The position numbers and the translations under genes were made by a program. Positions 1 through 9,810 of a stretch of 39,827 nt of DNA are shown piece by piece. This DNA is from Halocafeteria seosinensis (taxonomy: Eukaryota), in contig LVLI01000364.1 of assembly GCA_001687465.1 (NCBI GenBank), positions 62,001 to 101,827 on the forward strand. The letters are read 5' to 3'. The notes under the pieces are model-generated. The model made no database searches. It worked only from the letters and a program-made list of their open reading frames with translations, and was not told where the DNA came from. Numbering within the stretch: position 1 is the stretch's first letter; each line of letters opens with the position of its first letter.

Positions 1-407
1 CTTACTGGATGCTTTCGAAGATCAAGTGTTCAGAGTTGGTGCTAAATCGACACATGCAGACCGAAGGGAAGGAAGCATGTGCTGAAGATACGCTAATGAA
101 GGTTTTGTTCTCCACTACCGGGGCCCTTGAAAACTGTCCTACGTATCGCGCACTGGTTACAACCACACCCGAATCGATATTACTTAGTTCCCCGTTTCTA
201 CCGTCAACGTTTGGGACGAAGTGTTTGAGGGACTCAGGAGGCATTGGATTTTATGATCGGCCTCCTTTCGGAGTAGCAGAGCAATTCAGAACCAAAGGAT
301 TCTCCTGTCTGTATTCTAACAATTCTGAACGCGAGACTCTGATTCCACTCTTTGGGAGTTGGATCTATCACCTCTGGAGTCGAAGTGACAGCTCCAGGGC
401 TAACGTT

Positions 408-3400
408 ATGTCAGTTAGACATCTGGATAGCTCTCGCGGGATCGATAATTTGCTCCAAAATACGAATGGTTACGAGGATGCTCTTACTCTCTCTGTTACT
501 CCGCTACAGCATACAACGAATTTGCAGTCAATAAGTGCAGTTGCGTCCTCACATGGAGCTGCTTCTCTCGGCGGTCGGCAAGACTCTCATGTACAGTTAG
601 AGAAGTGCGGATGGATGAGGAAACTTGGTCCCCATAAATGGTGCAGATGGCGGCGTAGATGGTTTGAGTTGAGCGAAGCTACAGGCGCTCTAGTTTATTT
701 TTCTAGTAGTGCCTCGCCAGCAGCTTACCCCACCGGCTTTATCTCTTTGGCGGGGATGCAAGTGCTTGTACGCAGCGACTTGAACCGTACTTATCAACGC
801 ATAGTTGGCTCCACTCGGAAAGATTTGACGCTACATTGTCTCGAAATTAGCCCCACTGCGAAGCCGCGGAACACTCGCTACCTTACACTGCTAAAGAAGA
901 ATCCGCAGAAGAGTGATTCGAAATCCACAGACTCACAAGAACACAGTGATGACTCAGAAGGTGCGGGAGCACTCACGGACGAAAGTGTTGAAGATATTTT
1001 GACAGCGCTGGCAGACGCACGGGAGGTGGGTGTTAAAGTTTATACATGCCTTAGCAACCGGAGTTTTCTTCTATATACAGACTCTCAACCTACCTTAGAA
1101 GATTGGGTTGATGCAATTAACACCGTCATTCGATCGGTGAACCAAAGGCTCAAAGATGTTGTTGAGAATCGCCAACGCAATCAAACTACTCGAGATCGAG
1201 GTTCTAGTGGAAGTAGCTCCACCGAGAATAAAAGCGAAGGGGAGAGCACGAAAACTGGACACGGATGGTTGCGCAATAAGCTTCACAGTCGAGGTGCTAG
1301 TGGAAAAGCCTTCAAGCGTGCCTCAGTCACGTTTCTTCTTGCCGCAAAAGCTGATGAGAGCTCCAATGTCAGTGATGTCGAAGTTAAAAAGAGGTCCATG
1401 TCTATAGTGGGCGACGCAGTTGGCAAGCGGAAATCACGGCAGCCACAAGGAAAGGCCTTGAGACAGAGGTTCTCTGTAGGCAACTTTGCAAGGGATACAC
1501 GAACAGGAAGTAAACGATCCTGGAGCATGTCGATGGAGGATTTACCGCTGTCAACCTCTAGTAATAATTCACTAGCTCGGTTTGATGCTGGTATTTCGCA
1601 TTGGTTGAATATAGCCCTCTTGTGTGATGAAATTACGTCGAAAAGCAACATACGTTTTATATTAAGAGGATTTAGTTTATGGTCTTCGATTTCATCGGTC
1701 TCTTCATTTGTTGAAAACCTAGATGACGACGCCTGGGTGAAAACGTACGTATCGAAGATGCTTGCCAATGCTATTGGGGCCAGTTCGGATGATCTACGAC
1801 TTCATAAGAAGGAGTCCAAAACCATTCAAAATAGCCGTGATCCACACAAGCGTGGAAAGTTCAAGAAGTTGTTTGGGATGTTTCGGCGTGGGACAGCCGC
1901 TGGGGCATCTTCCATTGTTTGCCCCTCTTCCCGAAGGAGTGGAGGTATTGAATGCATACAACGTGGAGACATTGCTGGATTATTTGAATCTCGCGTAGTC
2001 GACGACCAACGGAAGAGTCCTAGCTCTCATAGCGGCGCACTATTCTCGTCTTCATTTTCTTGGACAAGATTGATTGATAACTTGGAAGAGCGGACACCAA
2101 GCCGTAGTTTCAAGGCTAGTTCTGCGTCGAATAAGGCGAGTGATAGCCGGCACATGGCGTACCATAGGGGACTGTCTGGCCAACTGCTCAACTGGTGGTC
2201 TGTTTTGGATTCTGCCTTGGGTCAATCTCAGGAAGGCGATAACGAGCTGTGGACTAATGCTACTCAAGGTGGGGGCTTTTGGTCTGGTAGTGAACCACTA
2301 CAGCTCCGTGCAAATTGGAGACACTCGAGGCAATCTCCCACCTCTATACCAAACGGTCCAAATGCATCTGCTGGAAGCAGCGGAGAATGGATGGAGCAGA
2401 CATTGTCATCTGTTCTTGCGAAGCTGCACTCCTATGATGACAAATGTGAGGGAGATAATTCCCAAGAGGAAGCCGAGTCTCGAGAGAAGAGGGAATCCCA
2501 AGCTCGATCGAGATCCTTGCACGAAACTTCGCAGTTGGTGAAGCAATCCCGTGCAAATATGCCGAGTCCCAATAAAGATGCGAGTAGGCGAGTCCTTCTC
2601 CGAGCGAATTCGACGTTTAGGGATACCGAGGCAAACGTGAACCGCAAAGGCGGTGAAACAAACGACACGGGTGTTGCCGATTCTCGCAATGGTGTTAGTT
2701 CGTTGCGAAGTGACGCAACGACTGTTGTGGAAGGCACCGTTCTCCCAAATAAGTTCAGGCAGATTTTCAAGACGGATTCGCTCTACAAACCGAACGTAAT
2801 GGATCGAACAACCTTATGGCAGCACAGAGAAGATATCACAGGTGTTCCTGAAGGTTTGCCCAAAATTTTGAGATGCATTTCTTTTGGTAGTCGCACGCAG
2901 CTTCGAGAACTACACCGAATGTTATATAACTGGCAGCTGTTTCCGACTCACATGTTAGAGCGGTACTTAGAGCTTCTGGATGACTTCTCCGGGGACCAGC
3001 AAATTCGGCATTTCGCAGCTAGTTGCTTAGAACGCCTACCTGACTCAGCGTTCGCTGAAATAGTGCCCCAGCTTGTTCAGAGCCTAAAGCATGAACCGCA
3101 TCTCGTTAATAGTGTTTTCCAGGTGCTGTTGCGCCGTGCTATGGCGGCACCAATATTGGTTGGTGTGCGTTTGTTCTGGTATCTAAACGTTGAGGCCTGC
3201 AATTCCCTGTCATGCTATACCAGGTTTTCACAGTACATCCAGGCTATTGTGCGGCATTTGCCTCCTTCTATTAATGCCCAGCTATCCACGCAACAGAATC
3301 TGTGGTCGAGAAGTGGTTTCTTTTCTCAAGTTTGCGAATTCATGCAGAAACATAAGAAACTAGGGAAGGACAAACGGAAGGAACTACTTCAAAACCTTCT

Positions 3401-4436
3401 TAGGGAAAACGAGCATCTCCTACCTGAGAGACATATTCTTCCTATTGATGGTAGAATGGAGGTAGGACGGCTTCGCGTGGAGCAGTGTAATGTGCTTGAC
3501 AGTGCTAAACGCCCGCTATGGCTCGCTTTCGAGAGCGTTGATTCAACGCTTGCAGCTATTCACAAGGACAGTAAGAATGATTGTGAACAGGAATCTGAAG
3601 AGCAGGTTTCGCGGTCTTGGAACCATGACGACGTGAAAGTGATATTCAAATCTGGAGATGATATCCGTCAAGATACTGTCACGCTGCAGTTGCTTCTCGC
3701 AATGGACCGATGGTGGAGAGAAGAGGGGCTAGATCTCCGAATGACTGTCTACCGCTGCATGTCTACTTGGAATAATGGCGGCTTAGTTGAAATCGTCAGA
3801 GACGCAGATACTCTTGCTCAAATTCAGGTGGCTCACGGAGGGAGACTGGGGGCGTATAGAGAAAACGTTTTGCTTGACTGGCTTGTAAGTCATCACGGGT
3901 CTCAAGAGTCTGAGGGTTTCAATGCTGCCGTGGACAACTTTACTAGGTCTGTGGCAGGGTATTGTGCTGCCACTTACGTTTTAGGTATCGGTGACCGGCA
4001 TAACGATAATATTATGATAAAGAGGAGTGGACACTACTTTCATATTGATTTTGGACATTTCCTGGGAAACTTTAAGTACCAGTTTGGGATCGCTAGGGAA
4101 CGAAGTGCGTTTGTGTTTACTAATGAGATGGCGAACGTAATGGGAGGCAAAGGTTCGAAGAAGTATCAAGAATTTGTGTCCCTTGCGACGAGAGCTTACT
4201 TGATTTTGCGAGAGCATGCATCAGAGTTAGTTAACATGTTCTCGTTGATGCTTCCATCGGATATGCCGGAGCTTCGAAATCGTGAAGACATTGGTTTTAT
4301 TCGAGATCGCCTTGCTATTGAAATGTCGGAGAATCAAGCAGCGAAGAAATTTGAAAGAGAGATTGAAGAAGCACTTTCGAACCGGTATAAACGCCTTGAT
4401 GACACGATTCATATCCTGAAACATGGCGGGAACTAA
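408..4436 (+). CDS. Class I-like phosphatidylinositol 3-kinase with an N-terminal PH domain (apparently intronless; the ORF is open from 9, and ATG 408 is a plausible start)
   Basis: PH motifs EKCGWMRKLG..WRRRWFEL and FLLYTDS..LEDWVDAINTVI. Helical PIK domain LWQHRE..GLPKILRCI, LELLD, VPQLVQSLKHE. Kinase motifs DSAKRPLWL, IFKSGDDIRQD, LGIGDRHNDNIM, HIDFGHFLGN. Confidence 0.92.
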   Translation: MSVRHLDSSRGIDNLLQNTNGYEDALTLSVTPLQHTTNLQSISAVASSHGAASLGGRQDSHVQLEKCGWMRKLGPHKWCRWRRRWFELSEATGALVYFSSSASPAAYPTGFISLAGMQVLVRSDLNRTYQRIVGSTRKDLTLHCLEISPTAKPRNTRYLTLLKKNPQKSDSKSTDSQEHSDDSEGAGALTDESVEDILTALADAREVGVKVYTCLSNRSFLLYTDSQPTLEDWVDAINTVIRSVNQRLKDVVENRQRNQTTRDRGSSGSSSTENKSEGESTKTGHGWLRNKLHSRGASGKAFKRASVTFLLAAKADESSNVSDVEVKKRSMSIVGDAVGKRKSRQPQGKALRQRFSVGNFARDTRTGSKRSWSMSMEDLPLSTSSNNSLARFDAGISHWLNIALLCDEITSKSNIRFILRGFSLWSSISSVSSFVENLDDDAWVKTYVSKMLANAIGASSDDLRLHKKESKTIQNSRDPHKRGKFKKLFGMFRRGTAAGASSIVCPSSRRSGGIECIQRGDIAGLFESRVVDDQRKSPSSHSGALFSSSFSWTRLIDNLEERTPSRSFKASSASNKASDSRHMAYHRGLSGQLLNWWSVLDSALGQSQEGDNELWTNATQGGGFWSGSEPLQLRANWRHSRQSPTSIPNGPNASAGSSGEWMEQTLSSVLAKLHSYDDKCEGDNSQEEAESREKRESQARSRSLHETSQLVKQSRANMPSPNKDASRRVLLRANSTFRDTEANVNRKGGETNDTGVADSRNGVSSLRSDATTVVEGTVLPNKFRQIFKTDSLYKPNVMDRTTLWQHREDITGVPEGLPKILRCISFGSRTQLRELHRMLYNWQLFPTHMLERYLELLDDFSGDQQIRHFAASCLERLPDSAFAEIVPQLVQSLKHEPHLVNSVFQVLLRRAMAAPILVGVRLFWYLNVEACNSLSCYTRFSQYIQAIVRHLPPSINAQLSTQQNLWSRSGFFSQVCEFMQKHKKLGKDKRKELLQNLLRENEHLLPERHILPIDGRMEVGRLRVEQCNVLDSAKRPLWLAFESVDSTLAAIHKDSKNDCEQESEEQVSRSWNHDDVKVIFKSGDDIRQDTVTLQLLLAMDRWWREEGLDLRMTVYRCMSTWNNGGLVEIVRDADTLAQIQVAHGGRLGAYRENVLLDWLVSHHGSQESEGFNAAVDNFTRSVAGYCAATYVLGIGDRHNDNIMIKRSGHYFHIDFGHFLGNFKYQFGIARERSAFVFTNEMANVMGGKGSKKYQEFVSLATRAYLILREHASELVNMFSLMLPSDMPELRNREDIGFIRDRLAIEMSENQAAKKFEREIEEALSNRYKRLDDTIHILKHGGN

Positions 4437-5849
4437 GTACGACTTACGGAAGAATATTCGAGGCTCCAGGGACATCCAGCCATTGGTCCGAGGCTCACCG
4501 TATGCTTAACGGTAGCGGAGTCAATGTTCACATTGATTAAATAGAAACTTTCGTTTTGCCGTTCCGTGGTGTTTTGCCCGATCCAGAATAGAGATCTGTC
4601 CTGCTCGTCCAACGTTGTAATGGCGCCGTCTTCGAGTACGTAGCCGTCCACTTGTCCAATAGTCGTCCACCTGCATCAATATTGGACATGAACTCTGTCA
4701 GCTTATGCGTTAATTTCTTGAAACTTCCTTACTTTTGCTGAGCGACCGATAGTGCCACTACGGTTCGTATAATTCCTCCATTGGGCCCCGGTTGTACTCC
4801 CAGTCCCACCAGACTCTTCGACTTGGCATCATAGTCGAGCTGTAGATCACGAGAACATGAGTTGACTATCAAGAAGCGTCCTGCATAACAAATCCACTGA
4901 ACGTACACTTGACAATTCTCTTCCGTCTTCTCCATCTTCTCGTATTTGAGTGACCTTGCCAGTGTTCACGTTTACCGCAAATATAGCGATTCCACGATTC
5001 CTGAGTCCGAAAAACGTCACGAAGTTGGAGGTTGACGGATCGTATGCGCTTACTCCGTCCAAAACTGGGAGATCGGTGCCATTGATGCTGGCAATCTGTT
5101 CGTATTTACCGGAATCGACGTCGATGAATCCGATGGTATGGGGACCAGTTTTGGTCATGCGGCCTCCGACGATCACTTTTCCCGAGACCGGTTCTACGGC
5201 GAGCTGTTGCCCTACACCTGTATCTCGAATGCATTTCCTGCGAGTACCAATACTCAGGTAGACAATCTTGCTCCCTGCTAACTTACCGACGGAAGGTCCT
5301 TCGTAGAACGGAAGTGGGATGTCATATTTCACGGACCCAGATTGGACGTCCACACCGACAAGGTTAGTAACCCTTGTTGAGTAATTGAAACCTGCATTCT
5401 TTCAGTAGTTGCATCCAATTCTCCTTTTCCATTTCAGGTCGTGTTTCTTCTTTCTTACCAACGATATAGAAAATTCCCCGGTCTTGGTCGATGGCCGAGA
5501 GCTCCTGAGCTTGTCTGTATTAACCAGAGTTGAGCAAAACGCGTGGTAGGGGGTAATGGCCAAGATGAAGAGTTACAAAACGTACGCTTCATAAGGGATG
5601 GCCTGGCCAATGTCAGTCAGCTTTCCAGTGGTGGGATTCACTGCAGCAGGTGCATGGAGGAGAGGGTAGGAAAAAAAATACTTCTTGGCATTCCCTGGGT
5701 ATTTAACACGCGCCCTTGGACGTACCAGTAGCAAGGGTGGCCTTCGGAGTAAGCCCATAGAGAGTCCCAGTATTGGATCTCAATGAAGTTCGCGCGAATG
5801 CCACCGCAAGCAAGCCTGCCAGCAAAGAAGTGAGAAGGAACGATTTCAT
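4433..5849 (-). CDS. Secreted beta-rich (probable beta-propeller) glycoprotein, paralog A; exons 5849-5726, 5640-5586, 5514-5459, 5391-5287, 5217-4907, 4839-4733, 4670-4433
   Basis: Signal peptide MKSFLLTSLLAGLLAVAFA. Six GT-AG introns join into one frame that aligns end to end with paralog B (YEAQAQELSA, INxTDLPV, EGRELS, CPWSLEY). Confidence 0.85.
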
Positions 5850-6173
5850 TGTGTTTTCGTCCAACAAACAGAGAAATTTGACTATGTTAATCCATGCAAA
5901 CAATGCAAAAAACAAACCAAAAAAAAAAAAAGTCACTACAAATGGATGAAATTAGTCAAAGGCCACAGTCGACGTTTTCGGACATTCCGCTTGACTGAGG
6001 ACGTTGGAACTCTTGTTGTGAAGTTCGCAAGAACTTCACAAACCCATACGGTAGAGTCGCGACGCGTGTGTGTTGAAACAAGTGTGTACTGTCACCACAA
6101 AATTCTTCCTTGCAATGGGAGAAGGTTGACTGAAGAATTTGTAGGATTGCGTTCAAGACATTTGTGGTTTTAT

Positions 6174-8089
6174 ATGTTGGCTACCAAAGGGGCACAAAGG
6201 TTCATAGCGCGAACTTCAACCACCAGAATATTATTTGGTCTCAATTGCTCGCGTTTACACCATCTTGCAGTTTTCAAGCCAATGGAAGGACTAAGAGCCA
6301 ACTTATTTGGATCCACCCCGGAATCCACACAGCCTGATGAAGGAGCCGCCTTCCTGGAGCGATTCAACGACTATGCAACTCCACCCGTAGAATACGCGCC
6401 ACTTCCCAATCAACGAGTCATTGAAGCTTTGAAGAATACCGGCCAATCCGTGAAGGATAAGAACTCATGGGAACCTTTCCAGGAGTTCTTGAAGGAACAT
6501 TCAGTTGCCGAGAGGGGTTTCCGGTCCCTTGAAGGACTCCAACAGGCTGTTAGAACGCATCCGACCGAGGTGATCGCAGAAGAATTCAACCAGAAAGTGC
6601 TACCGGCGATCTTGAACCATGCCGCCAAGCTGCCGGAACTATTTCCACACGGACTACCACTAATTGAAACGCCGACCGTTGTGGATTTTACAGGGGAACA
6701 AAGTAAGTGCCTGCTCTTGTTGATTATTTGATTCCTCGTCTAGAATGCAAGTTTTCTTGGTGTCTACAGTGGCTGCAATCGCATGCAATATGTTTTGCTG
6801 CACTCTAACGAACCCATTGAAACTGGACTATCCTTTCAATACGTAAGATATGGGATCGCAAACCATGGTATACCGCATATTAACTTTATGGCAATCACGC
6901 TCATGTTCCACCCAGATTTGCTCAATTACTATCCAGTCCAGGAGGAACTACAGTAGCCGTACTCCAATGTTCTTTGCAATACTTTGCAAGAGTTTTGGCA
7001 GCAGATGAACCTCTCGAGCGATGGAAAGATTCCAAGGTCCGCATCCGTAGATGTGCTACGTCCCATGACTTACCGGGGGCTCTTGTTGGCAACCAGAACT
7101 ACTTAGTTGCCCAGATGCCCACACTGGCAAGCTCTGACAAGCCACTCTCTAGGTTCTGCATCGATCATGGAAGTACGTTATTACGCTACTTGAAACTCTT
7201 CTAGCCATTCATTGGTAGGATCGCTTCTTTTAATGCGATGCAGAAAAAATTGAGGACAATATGGACTGTATGCAAGCCGACTTCGCCAACGAGTTCCTGG
7301 GAGGTGCTGTCTTGTTTGGAGGAAATGTCCAAGAAGAGATACACTTCGCACGACACCCCGAATTATTGGCGTACGTCTCATGGCAAGAGCTCGTTTCTTT
7401 GCGTAAATAGTACTCTCTTCATCCGTAAGCGTCGCAGATGCATGCCTGTAACGAAGGTAATGCAGGACTTCGAGGCTGTTGTGATTTCCGGAACCACTCG
7501 TTTTGCGGACACGGAAGGATATGGTGGAAGATTGCGCTACAAGTCCAGTACATGCGTTAGTGCTCCACCATTAGTTGCAATAGACGCAATTCCGCTTCAA
7601 CTCCAATCCCACACGGCTGAATTTCGAAAGAAGAATGTGGACCGTGAAATTCAGAAGGCGTTTACCGGCTTTTCATGCGGTTCTTTAATTTCTGCTCCCG
7701 AATGCGGTCCCCAAACATTCCCCAATGTCTCAACAGGCCACTGGGGATGCGGAATTTTTGGAGGCACAAAACTGTTCAAGGCACTACTGCAGTGGATTGC
7801 CGCGTCGGAAGCGTCCAGAGGGGTTCGTTATTGCCCTTTTGAAGACTGGTCAGATGCAGATAAACTGGAGCAGTTTACTTCGCGGATGATCGAACGAGGT
7901 AAAACAGTAAGTCTGCAGCTGGGATCCCTTGTAGTATGCACAACTGGTATTCGTATGGTTGGTGTGGTCTGTTCGGAACAGGTTGGGGAGCTGTACTCTA
8001 AGCTGGTAGCAGCAGTTGATCCAGACGAAAAAGGGTATCCAGATATAGGACGCGTGTTGCAACGCTTGGAAAGAGAGATGCTACACTAA
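6174..8089 (+). CDS. PARG: Poly(ADP-ribose) glycohydrolase; exons 6174-6702, 6770-6842, 6916-7172, 7244-7370, 7438-7906, 7982-8089
   Basis: The spliced product contains QADFANEFLGGAVLFGGNVQEEIHFARHPELL (PARG QEE signature), VAIDA, REIQKAFTGF, STGHWGCGIFGG and KALLQWIAAS. Confidence 0.9.
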
Positions 8090-8109
8090 GGATTAGAATA
8101 AAAATTCTC

Positions 8110-9300
8110 TTATTGTTTCCAGCGTTTTCCACAATTGTTACACGTAATAAACGTGGTCATCGGCTCGTCTCCACTTGCTAATTGCATCTGCATGTACTCC
8201 GTATTGTCACTCTTGCAACGCGCGCAGACAAACTGCCCACTGCTTCTCTTGAGTCCCCCGCTAGCTAACCATCTCTCTCGGTTTTTATGTTCCCAATCCG
8301 TTTCTGCTTCTTCTCTGCCTTCCCTTCGATCCTTTTCAGCCCGCTCCCGGAAGTCTGGGTTCGCGAGTTCTTCCTTTGGTAGTTTGACCGCTTCGTTGCA
8401 AGAACGCTGTTTCGTCATCAACGATAACGCCAAGGGAGCGTTGTTGCCCAAGTTGAAATGAAAGGAAGCAATTTCTCTCTTGTAAGCCATCGTTAAATGA
8501 TTGTAACAATTCTTGCCAAATCCATCAAATATTGCTTGCTCCAAATTCAGTGCAGCTTCCAACGACATTGACTTGATTTCCTCGCTCGTGTAGTAGGTCC
8601 GCGCATGGGCTTGGGCTAATTGCATGAACTTGGCACGCAGTTTCTCCATGCAATTCTTACGCGAGGAAGAAAGAGGCTTTGACAATTTCGGCTGGCTGTT
8701 TTGTCTACTCCCTTCATTGTCCTTGCTTCCAGCAGTAGGAGTAGTAACCATCGAGGAATCGGTGCTTGAGGACGTAGTCGAACTCTCAGAAGTGACCAAT
8801 GACATTTCGGCCGCGGCATGACTATCCAAAGGAGCTCCCGATTTTCCTTCCGAGACTTGCTCTTCCTGAGGGATTCCATCCTTCTCTCTACCGGAAGTAC
8901 GGGTACTTGGGTGATGAGGCCTTGTTGTGACGGTGATATCTTTCCATTTCTTCACCAATTCCAGAGCCAATTGCACCACATACTGGTTCGGATGGCGCCG
9001 TAAACGATACACAACATGGCCAATCTTGGTCTCCTGTACGCATGCATAAAAACAAGCCCCATACACAACCACTCCATAGCCTAGGGCAAAGTCTTCTCAC
9101 GCGTACTTTAAGGTCCTGAAGCGTGATTTTTTCGCCGTCCAGCGCTTTTAAGATGTCTTGCACACCCTTCACGTCCTGCAAGCATGATCATTTATTCACT
9201 ACATGCGCATGAGAGAAAACAATAATAAAGACATTCCCCGTACATTGGCCTTGGTACGCTGCTCCAGATCACGTTTGAATTGCCATATAGGCGATGCCAT
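8110..9300 (-). CDS. TFIIS: Transcription elongation factor TFIIS (S-II); exons 9300-9244, 9175-9107, 9033-8110
   Basis: N-terminal domain (LQDLKETKIGHVVYRLRRH..LVKKWK), central domain (LEQAIF..FNL..N..L..ELA), and C-terminal Zn ribbon CARC..Q.Q..S.DEPMTTFITCNNCGKRWK. Confidence 0.92.
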
Positions 9301-9666
9301 GGCATCATAACATACTATGACCTCTATAAATTACGGCATACGTCTTGTCAGAGACAAGAGCAGCATGGATACCCAACCAACGAGAACTTCACTGTTGATA
9401 AAGGTATTTGTGTTGTTAGTCTACAGCTTCACAAATCTCCCACAAGAAGAAAAATTTTTCCTACAAGTAGAAAAAGGAGTTTGGAAACAAAGAAAGAAGA
9501 ACGGGAGTACGTTCAAGAACTCTTATCGTTCAGGAATCTATGTTTTTAGGGGTCTATACACCTTTGTACCACAAGACTAGTTGCAAGTATGGGTAGTAAA
9601 CTGTATTGATTGGTTCTTGTACAAGTTGTACTGTAAGTGAAGTTGTGCAGCACTTGTAGGGTAGAT

Positions 9667-9810
9667 GTTGTGTTCCCTCACGGCGCATGTCAGCAAGGCT
9701 GCAGGAACAGTGGGCCCGTCGCTGCTTAACACGGGCACATACCGCTCCTCGTTAAAAGGATGCGGTCAATTCCCCGGCCGGTGGGCTATCTGTCACATTT
9801 GTGTGTGTGT
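9667..9810. other. Cluster of consecutive hairpins flanked by GGGTAGAT direct repeats, ending in a (GT)n tract; candidate structured ncRNA or small insertion
   Basis: Stems TGTTCC/GGAACA, GTGGGCCCGT/ACGGGCACAT and ACCGCTCCT/AGGATGCGGT. GGGTAGAT at 9659-9666 and 9811-9818. Confidence 0.3.

Noticed and set aside
9..407. 133-codon N-terminal extension of the PI3K ORF
   Set aside because: No recognisable domain and a UTR-like translation. It cannot be excluded, so the start was left uncertain rather than claimed.
5946..6173. In-frame extension of PARG from ATG 5946
   Set aside because: It would leave under 100 nt for a divergent promoter and looks non-coding. ATG 6174 or 6282 is preferred.
9670..9790. 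Resemblance of the hairpin element to 5S rRNA, U5 loop, group II intron domain V, HDV ribozyme or H/ACA snoRNA
   Set aside because: Only short words match (ACCGCATCC, GTTAAGC, CCTTTTA, GAGCGGTATG, TCCTCG, ACATTT). The required spacing and pairings are absent, so no family was assigned.
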